From positions 320,001 through 384,000 of the forward strand of contig CAWFKQ010000016.1 in the NCBI GenBank assembly GCA_963816395.1: DNA of 64,000 bases. The letters are read 5' to 3'. This stretch comes from an uncultured delta proteobacterium (GTDB taxonomy: Bacteria; Desulfobacterota; Desulfuromonadia; Desulfuromonadales; JACZKF01). Shown in pieces: positions 31,626 through 42,599 of this stretch. The position numbers and the translations under genes were made by a program. A model generated the notes under the pieces. It was not told the origin of the DNA. It saw only the letters and a list, made by a program, of their open reading frames with translations, and made no database searches. Numbering within the stretch: position 1 is the first letter of the stretch; each line of letters opens with the position of its first letter.

Positions 31626-33373
31626 TGGAGCTCCCGTACATCCCCTGCCAGAGGCCGGTAAAGAAATGTCGGGCGTTGGTCCCCAGCACCCGGCTGTCAT
31701 AGCCGCCCTCCTGCACCACCATGGTGGGAAGGTGCAGCCGGCCAATCATCCGGCCGTTCTCCGCGAAGTCGGCGGGCAGCAGGTTCCAGGTGCCGGTGGG
31801 GTCGCCTTTGGCGGTATCGAGGCCGAGGGCGACCACCAGGAACTGCGGCTTGAAGCGGCCGATGCGCCGCAGGGCGCTGGCCAGCGCTTCCCGGTAGGCG
31901 GCCGGCTCGAGCGTGCTCCGGCAGGGGGAAATTGAGGTTGAAGCCGCTGCCGGGGCCGGCTCCCTTCTCGTCCTCGAAGCCGCTGAAGTAGGGGAAGGCG
32001 AAGCGGGGATGGCCGTGCAGGGAAACAGTGAGCACGTCGTTGCGCTCGTAGAAGATGTCCTGGGTGCCGTTACCGTGGTGGTAATCGATGTCGAGCACCG
32101 CCACCTTGCCGAAAGCGGAGAGGTGGTGGGCCGCCACCGCCGAGTTGCCGAAATAGCAGAAACCGCCGAACACCCGCCGTTCGGCATGATGGCCGGGGGG
32201 GCGCACCAGGGCGTAGGCGAGCCGCTGCCCTTCCAGCAGGTGGCGGGCGGCGGTGAGGGCGCAATCGACGGCGCGCTTGGCCGCCGGCCAGACATTATGG
32301 GTGAGCGGGGTAAAGGTATCCATGCAGTAATAGCCGGCGCGCACCGCTCGCTCCTTAGGCGGCCGGGCGGCATTGCGGATGGGGAAGACGTAGGGATACA
32401 CCGCTTCCTTAACCTTCAGGCCGACGCAGACCGCCTTCAGGTAATCGACGAAATCGGCGGCATGCACCGCCCGCAGATGCTTTTCCGAGAAGCGGCGCAC
32501 CGGCACCTGACGGAAGAAAGGGGTGCGCTGGAGCTCCCGCAGAATGGAGCGCACCCGCACCGGCGACTCCACATAGCCGCGTTCGCGGATGTGGTGGATG
32601 TCATGCAGATCGTTGACCACCAGAACGATCTGCCGGTCGGCGGCAAACATCTGCCGCTGCACCGGCGCCGCCGTCTCCTCTTTCAGGTAGCGCGGGGGAC
32701 GCAGGCGCACCGGGTCGTCGCGGAAGGAATCGACCACCATGTCGATGTAGCTCTTCGGGCAGAGGTGGGCGTACTTGCGCTCCAGGATGGCGCGGACGAT
32801 GGCGCGGGCCTCCTCGCGGCTGGGCCGGCGGCCCTGGCCAAGGCCGTCGAAAACCAGGTAGGGAGGGTTGTCGTCTCCCGGCTTGACCGGCGTCTCATAG
32901 GCGGTGCCGGTGATCGGCAGGGCGCCGTATTTTTCGTAGAATTTCAGCCGCGCCCGGTTCTGCCGGAGGATCTTCGGGTCGCGGCAGAGGGCCGGGTCAT
33001 CGGGCAGGCATTCGAAGAAGATGCCGATGGTTCCCAGTTCCAGCGCCTCCTCGCGCAGCCGCTCGTAGAGGGCACCGCCGATGCCGCGGCCGGTCATCTT
33101 CTCGGCGGCGGAGATGTATTCCAGGTAGGCGAAGCGCAGGTCCGGTTCCTGCAGCAGCAGGGCGAAGCCCTGGATCTGTCCCCGCTGGTTTTCGGCGACA
33201 TAGAGGATGGAGCGGAAACGGTACTTGAGGGGATTGCGCAGTTGCTCCGGCAGTTTGCCGATGTCCTTTTCGGAGAGGGCGGGAAACTGGGCGCGCAGGA
33301 TTTCCAGAACGCTCAGAACGGCGGCCCGGTTGACCGGCAGCAGATCGTCGTAGATGCGGCGGATGCGGAACAT
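31621..33373 (-). CDS. histone-deacetylase/acetylpolyamine amidohydrolase family protein with N-terminal GNAT-like domain (frameshift ~31915)
   Basis: RPPGHHA, GGFCYF, LDIDYHHGNGTQ, SLHG, LGLDT, QEGGY; N-terminal GRGIGGALY and LKFYEKYG. Confidence 0.88.
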
Positions 33374-33388
33374 GCAATCATTATAATC

Positions 33389-33463
33389 AGCGAGATGGTG
33401 AGATAGGTAGCAGGAAGATAGATTTTCACTACCTCACTATCTTGCTATCTCACTATCTCGCTA
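33389..33463. repeat. GATAGTGAG-type nonamer inverted-repeat element
   Basis: agcgagatggtgagatag / ctacctcactatcttgctatctcactatctcgct. Confidence 0.7.
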
Positions 33464-34537
33464 GCCTCTCGCCTTCGGCAGCAGTTCCGCCAGCAGGTCG
33501 AACAGTTCCTCCATGTCGGCCATGGTGAAGTCGGCCATGTGGGCGATGCGGAAGGTCTTGTTCTTGATCTTGCCGTAGCCGTTGTCGATGGCATAACCGC
33601 GTTCCCCGGCTAGTTTCTTCAGCTTCTCCAGGTCGGTGCGGCCGTCGTTGACGGCGCAGGTGAGGGTGAGCGATTCATACCCGGGCGCCGCGAAAAGAGG
33701 AAAAGCGTTGGCCTGTACCCATTCCCGGGTCGTCTCGGCCAGCTGCCGGTGGCGGGCATAGCGGTTCTCCAGCCCCTCGGCGAACATCTTTGCGAGTTGG
33801 TGGTCGAGGGCATAGATCAGGCTGATGCAGGGAGTGCTGGGGGTGTTGTCCTTCTCGTCGTTCTTTTCGAATTCCTCGAAATCGAAGTAATAGCCGCGGT
33901 TGGGAGTGGTTCGCGCCTTTTCCAGGGCGCGCCGGGAGACGGCGAAAACTGCCAGCCCCGGCGGCAGGCCGAAGGCCTTCTGCACCCCCGCCAGGCAGAC
34001 GTCCGTTCCCAGGGCAGCCAGGTCGAGGGGGACGGCGCTCATCGAAGAGACGGTGTCGACGATGAAGGAGACGTCCGGATACTTCTTCATCACCTCGGCG
34101 ATCTCCGCCAAGGGGCTGAGCACGCCGGTGGAGGTCTCGTTGTGCACCACCGTCATGGCATCGTATCTGCCGCTGGCCAGGGCTTTGTCCACCATCTCCG
34201 GGGTGATCGGCTGTCCCCACTCGGCCTCGAAGCCGTCCGCCTCGATGCCGCAGCGGCGGGTGACGTCGTGCCACTTGCTGCTGAAGGCGCCGTTGCCGAA
34301 ATTGGCGCAGCGTTTCTGCACCAGGTTGCGCACCGCCCCCTCCATCACCCCGAAGGCGCTGGAAGTGGAGAGGAAGACCGGATCGGTGGTGTTCAGCAGC
34401 CGCTGCAGTCCGGTCTTCACCCGGTGGTGCACGGCGGCGTACTCTTTCATGCGATGGCCGACCATCGGTGCGCTCATCGCCTGCATGACATCCAGGCCGA
34501 CTTCCACCGGGCCGGGGATGTAGAGCTTTTTGTGCAT
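33461..34537 (-). CDS. class V PLP aminotransferase (serine-glyoxylate / phosphoserine aminotransferase-like)
   Basis: LYIPGPV, VHNETSTGV, VDTVSS, GVQKAFGLPPGL, TPSTP, FRIAHM. Confidence 0.92.
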   Translation of the reverse strand: MHKKLYIPGPVEVGLDVMQAMSAPMVGHRMKEYAAVHHRVKTGLQRLLNTTDPVFLSTSSAFGVMEGAVRNLVQKRCANFGNGAFSSKWHDVTRRCGIEADGFEAEWGQPITPEMVDKALASGRYDAMTVVHNETSTGVLSPLAEIAEVMKKYPDVSFIVDTVSSMSAVPLDLAALGTDVCLAGVQKAFGLPPGLAVFAVSRRALEKARTTPNRGYYFDFEEFEKNDEKDNTPSTPCISLIYALDHQLAKMFAEGLENRYARHRQLAETTREWVQANAFPLFAAPGYESLTLTCAVNDGRTDLEKLKKLAGERGYAIDNGYGKIKNKTFRIAHMADFTMADMEELFDLLAELLPKARG

Positions 34538-34555
34538 GGAAACCTCCAGTCAGGT

Positions 34556-34661
34556 TGTCATCGGTCACTGGTTCCCTGGTCATGGGCAAGAAGCGAATGA
34601 CGAAGGAACAGGGGACCGATAGATTTTTGAAAGCCGATGGCCACTGACTAATGACCAAGGA
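34556..34661. repeat. degenerate heptamer inverted-repeat element
   Basis: tcatcggtcactggttccctggtcat / atgacgaaggaacaggggaccgat and cactgactaatgaccaaggac. Confidence 0.55.
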
Positions 34662-34674
34662 CGATTTTTGCGTA

Positions 34675-34716
34675 AACAAAAAACGCCCGTTCTCCATCGG
34701 TTTTGGAGCCCAGGCG
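34675..34716 (-). terminator. intrinsic terminator forming the riboswitch expression platform
   Basis: minus strand CGCCTGGGCTCC-aaaaccgat-GGAGAACGGGCG-TTTTTT; 5' arm shared with aptamer P3. Confidence 0.75.
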
Positions 34717-34780
34717 TGCGACGAAGGTCTGTTCAAGTCCTGTTCCCCGATGGTGCCCCATCCGACGCCAGTTACAGGAG
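34708..34780 (-). ncRNA. ZMP/ZTP (pfl) riboswitch aptamer
   Basis: minus strand TCCTGTAACTGGCG...GATGG-GGCA-CCATC-GGGGAACAGGA...GTCGCACGCCTGGGC matches the pfl hallmarks. Confidence 0.85.
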
Positions 34781-34844
34781 ACCCTTCAAATTGTAGATGG
34801 GGCGGATTTACCACGGGCCGCCGGCGCCTGTCAAGGCATTCGCG

Positions 34845-34873
34845 TTGACAATCCACAGGGCGGACGCTACTAT
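34845..34873 (+). promoter_or_regulatory. sigma-70 promoter
   Basis: TTGACA-N17-TACTAT upstream of the DUF507 pair. Confidence 0.65.
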
Positions 34874-34895
34874 TCATCACTCTGGAGGAATCCCC

Positions 34896-35174
34896 ATGCG
34901 TTTCACCGACGAACAGATCCGCCGCCTCGCCGACCGGTTGCTGACCGCCCTGGTCGAGCGGGGCGGCAGCAGCCTGAAGGCCGATCGGCAAGCCGTCCAC
35001 GCGCGGCTCGCGGCCATCATCCGGGGTAACCTGACCCAGGAGGAGGACCTCGACCGTGATGCCCGGGAACTCCTGGAGGCGCACCTGCAGCAGGCGCCGG
35101 CCGGGATCGACCGGCAGAAGATGTTCCTGATGATCAAGAAAAAACTGGCCGAAGAAAGGGGGATTCCCCTGTGA
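34896..35174 (+). CDS. DUF507 family protein
   Basis: MRFTDEQIRRLA...EEDLDRDARELL...MFLMIKKKLAEERG; GGAGG RBS. Confidence 0.8.
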   Translation: MRFTDEQIRRLADRLLTALVERGGSSLKADRQAVHARLAAIIRGNLTQEEDLDRDARELLEAHLQQAPAGIDRQKMFLMIKKKLAEERGIPL

Positions 35175-35437
35175 AGCTTTCCGAGCAGCGCATCTCCCAC
35201 CTCTCGCACCTGATCCTGGACGGCCTCTGGCGGGCCGACCTGCTCGATTACCGGGATGAGGCCGACGCCCTGCGCGCCATCAAGGAGGAGCTCACTCGAC
35301 TGCTGTCGGTGGACGACGAGGTGGATACCATGGTGCGGCAGAAACTCTCCCGTCAACAGAAGATCCCGGGCAGTCGTGAGTGGCAGATCCTGTACGACAA
35401 GTATTTCCGCGAAGAAATGACCAAACGCCGCTGGTAG
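35171..35437 (+). CDS. DUF507 family protein (second)
   Basis: MKLSEQRISHLS...IPGSREWQILYDKYFREE; GTGA overlap. Confidence 0.8.
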   Translation: MKLSEQRISHLSHLILDGLWRADLLDYRDEADALRAIKEELTRLLSVDDEVDTMVRQKLSRQQKIPGSREWQILYDKYFREEMTKRRW

Positions 35438-35554
35438 GCACGGCGCGCTGTGCCTTTTCAACCTGCTTGGCCTGTCCAATCATCCCCCCGTCAAAAAAAA
35501 TTTTCGTTTAAACTCTTGACATCCAGAACCAGCTGATTATATTTAGCCCAGTTG

Positions 35555-35581
35555 TTAGCACTCCTCTTTCCCGAGTGCTAA
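35555..35581. promoter_or_regulatory. CIRCE element (HrcA operator)
   Basis: perfect TTAGCACTC-N9-GAGTGCTAA, just downstream of TTGACA(35516)-N16-TATATT. Confidence 0.95.
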
Positions 35582-35705
35582 CAGCCCCTCGCAAAGGGGC
35601 TTGGATCAGTCTCCGCGGATTCGAGCGTCTTTTTATTTTTGGGCTGAAAGAGAGGGAGTGATTCCCCCAATTCCATTCCGTCGCGTCATGAAAGGAGAAC
35701 AAGGT

Positions 35706-37680
<1,975 letters not shown>

Positions 37681-37703
37681 GTCGCCGCCGCTCTGAGCTG
37701 AAC

Positions 37704-37740
37704 AGAAAAAGCCCCCCGGTCTTCCGGGGGGCTTTTTTCT
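37704..37740 (+). terminator. intrinsic terminator after groEL
   Basis: AAAAAGCCCCCCGG-tctt-CCGGGGGGCTTTTTT. Confidence 0.9.
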
Positions 37741-38010
37741 GGCGAGCATAGTCCTCGCGATCAGCTGGGATATTTTGCCCTGCCTCAATTCCTGCGTTCA
37801 ACCAGGCTGCCCGCCTGCTCTCCGCCCCAGATCTTCGCGTTCGCGACTCACCACCTCTCCATCAGCCTCCTGTGCCGTCTGAAATCAAGCGGTTGAAATT
37901 CAGCTTTCCTTCGACCGCGAAAAGAGATACGCTACTTCTGCGAAAATTTAATCCGACCTGAAAACACGATTGCGCCTCCGTACCGAAATCGCCTTCCAAG
38001 GAAATCCCGG

Positions 38011-39981
38011 ATGTCCACATTCCAAAATTTCTGCTCGGCAACCTTTCGCCTTGCGTCGACGAGCCTCTTTGTCTGTGTCCTTTTTCTTTCTTCCGCCCGG
38101 GCCGGAGAGATTTCTCCATCCCTGCAGGCGAAGCTCTCAGCGGCAGAGTCCGGGTCCACTCTTGCGGTCATCGTCACCTTCACCGCAAAGGCCGACCTGC
38201 AGCCGCTGCGGGCGCAGGTGAAGACCGCGCGGCGCCTTGGTGCGGTGCGGGCGCTGCGGGAAACCGCCGACCGCGCGCAGGGAGCGGTGCGCGCCCTGCT
38301 GCGCGCCAGGGGGAAGGCTTTCCAGACGCTGTGGGTCGTCGACGGCATGTCTTTGGACGCCGCCCCGGATCTGATCCGGGAACTCGCCGCCCGGCCGGAG
38401 GTGGCCCGCATCGAGTTGAACGCCACCCTTCAGCTGCCGGCGGTGACGGTCAGCCAGGACTTCCGGGGAGGAATGGAATATCGCTGCGGTCCATGCCCCG
38501 GATCTCTGGGCGCAGAGGATTACCGGTCAGGGCGTGACCGTGGCGGTGCTGGACACCGGGGTGGATGTCAGCCACCCCGATCTGGCCACGCCGACACCCG
38601 TTTTCGCTCTGGCGGCTGGTTCAATGCCATCACCCCCGTCTGCGGGCAGACCATCGATGGCGCGACGATCGAATGCTGACACCACCTGCGATCTCGATAC
38701 CGATGCCCCTTGCGACAGCGATGGGCACGGGACGATGGTGACAGGGGTGATTGCCGGCGGCAGTGCCAGCGGCAAGGCGATCGGCGTCGCCCCCGGCGCC
38801 CAATGGATTGCCGCGAAAATCTTCGACGATGCCGGGGTGGCGGTAAACAGTCAGATAATCGCCGCTTTCCAGTGGGTGCTCGATCCGGACGGCAATCCGG
38901 CTACCGACGATGCGCCGGGCGTGGTGAACGGTTCCTGGGGTCTGGAAGGAGAGGAGAACGTCTGCGACGGCATCTTCCGCACGGCGATCCAGAACCTGCG
39001 AGGCGGCCGGCATTGCCGTGGTGTTCGCGGGCGGCAATTATGCTTCCCGCCTACGCCTGCCAACACCAGCATCAGCCCGGCCAACTATCCCGAGAGCTTC
39101 GCCGTCGGCGCGATAGACCAGAGTTCGTCGCTGGCGGGTTTCAGCGACCGTGGGCCGTCGGCCTGCGACGATTCCACCTATCCGCGAATCGTGGCGCCGG
39201 GGGTCCATGTCAGGACATCCACCGATCCGGCATCCAATCCCGATGGCGATCTTTACGCCTCGGTCAGCGGCACCTCCTTTTCCGCCCCGCATGTTGCCGG
39301 GGTGATGGCGCTGCTGCTCAGCGCCGACCCGGAGCTGCCGGCGAGCCGGCTGGAAAGTATACTCCAGCTCTCCGCCACCCCTCTCGGCACTTCCACCCCC
39401 AACGACGATTACGGCTACGGGATGGTGAACGCCGCGGCCGCCTACGACCTGGTCTCCGCCGCCCGGAAGAATGCCGCGAATACCCCGCCGCCGGCGGCGA
39501 CGCTGGTGGCGCCCGCCGGCGGCGCCACCGGTCTGGCGCTGCCGGTCGTCCTGCAATGGACGCAGGATCCCGATGCCGACGGCGATGCCATTATCAACTC
39601 CGTCCTCGTCTCCCAATCGCCCGATTTTACCGGCGCCGTGCCGTTCCCGGCGGTCGCCGCGGCCAGCGGCGGATTTCCCTGCCGGCGGGCGCCGGCGGAT
39701 TTCTCGTCTTCGGCCTGGCCGCCGGTTGGGCCGGCGGCGCCGGAAATCGGCGATAATGCTCCTGCTGGGCTCTCTGCTCGCCCTGCTGGTCGCCTGCAGC
39801 GGCGGCTCTTCTGATAACAAGCGACACCTGGCGGGAGCCCGAACCCGTCTCCCGCCGGCCTTCAAATTATACCCTGACCGATCTCGCCCCCGCGACAACC
39901 TATTACTGGAAGGTGCTCAGCGAGGACAGTGGGGGTGGAGCGGTGGAAAGTGCGGTAAGGAATTTCACCACCCGGAATTAA
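38011..39981 (+). pseudogene. secreted S8 subtilase paralog 1, multiply frameshifted (true pseudogene or sequencing errors)
   Basis: signal peptide, prodomain, LDTG / GHGT / SGTSFSAPHV triad, FN3-like tail; about 8 frame changes needed. Confidence 0.75.
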
Positions 39982-40330
39982 TCCGCTGTGTGATGACAGT
40001 ACGCCTGGGCACGCGCTCATGTCTGCCCAGGACAGCCACGAGGAGCCGCTCCAGGAAAGGAAGAAGTATTCATCTGCCGGTATTTCTCCGGAAGCTGCTG
40101 GAAACCCAACCTCTCCGCCGGTAATCCCACCTGTCCCGATCTAAATTAATAAGAAAATTAAATTTTACGTGCTGTGCCAGGTAGACTTCAACCGGTTCTA
40201 TGCTAGATTTCGCTCTAAATTCCGACACCCGAGATGCGACCTCCGCAGACGATGAACGGTAGGCGCCCACCGTCAGTGCGCGTCGCCAACCGCTACCTTA
40301 TCCCCTGCCTTCTGGAACTGAATGATAAAA

Positions 40331-42535
40331 ATGAAAACTCAGCGTCTGCTTGTTCTGCTGCTGCTGGCGAGTGTTTTTGGAGAGATCGCAACGGCTCGGG
40401 CGGGGACTCTGGGGTCCGAGCTGCAGGCGGTCCTGCAGACCGCGGCGGCCGGGGAGGAAATCCCGGTCATAGTGACCTTTGCCGCCGAGGCGAACCTCCA
40501 GTCGCTGGCGGTGCAGCCGCGGGCTCTGCGCCGCGTGGGGGTGGTGCGGGCGCTGCGGGCGACCGCCGAGCGCTCGCAGGGGGCGGTGCACGCCATGCTG
40601 CAGGCGCGGGGGAGAAAGTTCCAGCCGCTGTGGATCATCAACGGACTGGCCCTGGAGGCGCCGCCGGCGCTGATCGGCGAACTGGCCGCCCGACCGGAGG
40701 TGGCGGCGATCGAGTACGACGCCCTGGTCCGCCTGCCGGAAGTGACCCCCAGCCAGGCGGCGGGGGTGGAGTGGAACCTTGATGCGGTGCATGCCCCGGA
40801 GCTGTGGAAACAGGGGATCACCGGCCAGGGGGTGACGGTGGCGACCCTGGACAGCGGCGTCGACGTGAACCATCCCGACCTCCGTCCCAAGTGGCGCGGC
40901 GGCAGCAACAGCTGGTTCAATCCCTATGCCGCCGCCTGCGGGAAGACCATTGCCGACTGCACCCCCTGCGAACAGAATGCCTCCACCCCCTGCGACGATG
41001 CCGTGGGCCAGGATCAGGGGCACGGCACGGCGGTCATGGGAGTGCTGGTCGGCGACAGCAGCAGCGGCAGCGCTATCGGCATCGCCCCCGGCGCCCAGTG
41101 GATTACGGCGAAGGTGTTCCGGGACGACGGTACGGCGCCGAACAGCATGATCCATCTGGCCTTCCAGTGGCTTCTCGATCCCGACGGCGATCCGGCCACC
41201 GACGATGCGCCGGATGTGGTGAACAATTCCTGGGGCTTCGAAACCGCGCCGGGTCTCTGCAGCAACGAGTTTCTCCCCGATGTCCGGGCGCTGATAAGCG
41301 CCGGCATTCCCGCCGTCTTCTCGGCCGGAAACGCCGGGCCGACTTCGAACACCGGCGTCAGCCCGGCGAATTACGCCGAGAGTTTCGCCGTCGGGGCAGT
41401 CGATCAGAACTCGCTGGTGGCTGTTTTCAGCAGTCGGGGTCCCTCAAGCTGCGACGGCAGCATTTTCCCGGAGGTGGTTGCGCCTGGGGTGCACATCCGT
41501 ACCGCCGGCCTGAATTCGCTGTATGTTCTTATCGACGGTACCTCCTTCTCCTCGCCGCACGTCGCCGGGGTGATGGCCCTGCTGTTCAGTGCCTTCCCCT
41601 CCCTGACGGTGAGCCAGTTGGAGGATGCCCTCACGCAGTCCGCCACCGACCTCGGCCCGACGGGGCCGGACAACGACTACGGCAATGGCCTGGTGAACGC
41701 CCTGGCAGCCTACAACCTGCTCTCGGGCATCCCCGACCTCTCGGTCCACGACCCCGTCCCCCCGGCCGACGACCTGCAGCTCGATTTCGGCCATCTGCCG
41801 CCGGGACAGGCGGTCAGTCAGCCGGTGACCCTGAGCAACAACGGCAGCGGTCTGCTGCAGATCAGTGGAGTCGGCACGCTGCCGCCGCCCTTCTCGGTCA
41901 TTCAGGACGGCTGCAGCGGCCGCGGTCTGATGGCCGGGGATTCCTGCACGATTACCCTCGGTTTCGCCCCGCAGTCGCTGGGCCAGTTCGCCGCCGGCCT
42001 GCAGATCGACAGCAACGATCCGGACCAGGGGACGGTCACCCTGCAGCTGAGCGGTCACGGCAACACCCTGCCGCCGCCGGCGCACCTGGTGGCTCCGGAC
42101 GATGGCGCCACCGGCCTGTCTATTCCGGTGACCCTGCAGTGGACCCAGATCCCCGATGCCGACGGAGATACCATCACCCACTTCGTTTTTCTCTCCCGGA
42201 CCGGCGACTTCACCGACAGCACGCCGATGCCGGTGGCGGCCGCCGGAAGCAGCCGGGGAGCCCTGCTGGCCGGCGCCGGCGGCCTGCTCGCCTTTGCTCT
42301 GGCCGCCGGCCGGCGCCGGCGGCGGGCGGCGCTGCTGCTGCCAGGTGTTCTGCTCCTGCTGCTGTTCGCCTGCAACGGCGGGGGCGGGGGCTCCTCCTCG
42401 GGAGAGCAGGGGGAGCCAGTCAGCTACACCCTGAGCGATCTCGCCCCCGCCACCACCTACTATTGGAAGGTGGTCAGCGAGGACAGCCGAAGTGGGGCGG
42501 TGGAAAGCGCCGTGCGTAGCTTTACGACCCGATAA
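40331..42535 (+). CDS. secreted S8 subtilase paralog 2 with prodomain, Ig-like (choice-of-anchor D-like) domain and split FN3-like domain containing a membrane hairpin and internal lipobox
   Basis: LDSG, GHGT, GTSFSSPHV; DFG...VTLSNNGSGLLQI...DSNDPD; TM-RRRRR-TM-LFAC near C-terminus. Confidence 0.9.
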   Translation: MKTQRLLVLLLLASVFGEIATARAGTLGSELQAVLQTAAAGEEIPVIVTFAAEANLQSLAVQPRALRRVGVVRALRATAERSQGAVHAMLQARGRKFQPLWIINGLALEAPPALIGELAARPEVAAIEYDALVRLPEVTPSQAAGVEWNLDAVHAPELWKQGITGQGVTVATLDSGVDVNHPDLRPKWRGGSNSWFNPYAAACGKTIADCTPCEQNASTPCDDAVGQDQGHGTAVMGVLVGDSSSGSAIGIAPGAQWITAKVFRDDGTAPNSMIHLAFQWLLDPDGDPATDDAPDVVNNSWGFETAPGLCSNEFLPDVRALISAGIPAVFSAGNAGPTSNTGVSPANYAESFAVGAVDQNSLVAVFSSRGPSSCDGSIFPEVVAPGVHIRTAGLNSLYVLIDGTSFSSPHVAGVMALLFSAFPSLTVSQLEDALTQSATDLGPTGPDNDYGNGLVNALAAYNLLSGIPDLSVHDPVPPADDLQLDFGHLPPGQAVSQPVTLSNNGSGLLQISGVGTLPPPFSVIQDGCSGRGLMAGDSCTITLGFAPQSLGQFAAGLQIDSNDPDQGTVTLQLSGHGNTLPPPAHLVAPDDGATGLSIPVTLQWTQIPDADGDTITHFVFLSRTGDFTDSTPMPVAAAGSSRGALLAGAGGLLAFALAAGRRRRRAALLLPGVLLLLLFACNGGGGGSSSGEQGEPVSYTLSDLAPATTYYWKVVSEDSRSGAVESAVRSFTTR

Positions 42536-42538
42536 AGT

Positions 42539-42567
42539 GAAAAGCCCCCGGAGACGGGGGCCTTTCC
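42539..42567. terminator. intrinsic terminator
   Basis: GAAAAGCCCCCG-gaga-CGGGGGCCTTTC between convergent genes. Confidence 0.75.
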
Positions 42568-42599
42568 GGGCGCAAGTTTTGGCGTAGCTAAGGTGTTGC

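Noticed and set aside
38677..38679. In-frame TGA after a Cys codon as selenocysteine in subtilase 1
   Set aside because: Homology with paralog 2 continues in a different frame, so it is an indel, not read-through.
40236..40292. c-di-GMP-II riboswitch (GATGAA...CAACCG words)
   Set aside because: The P1 GGAA and pseudoknot elements could not be identified; kept only as a generic hairpin.
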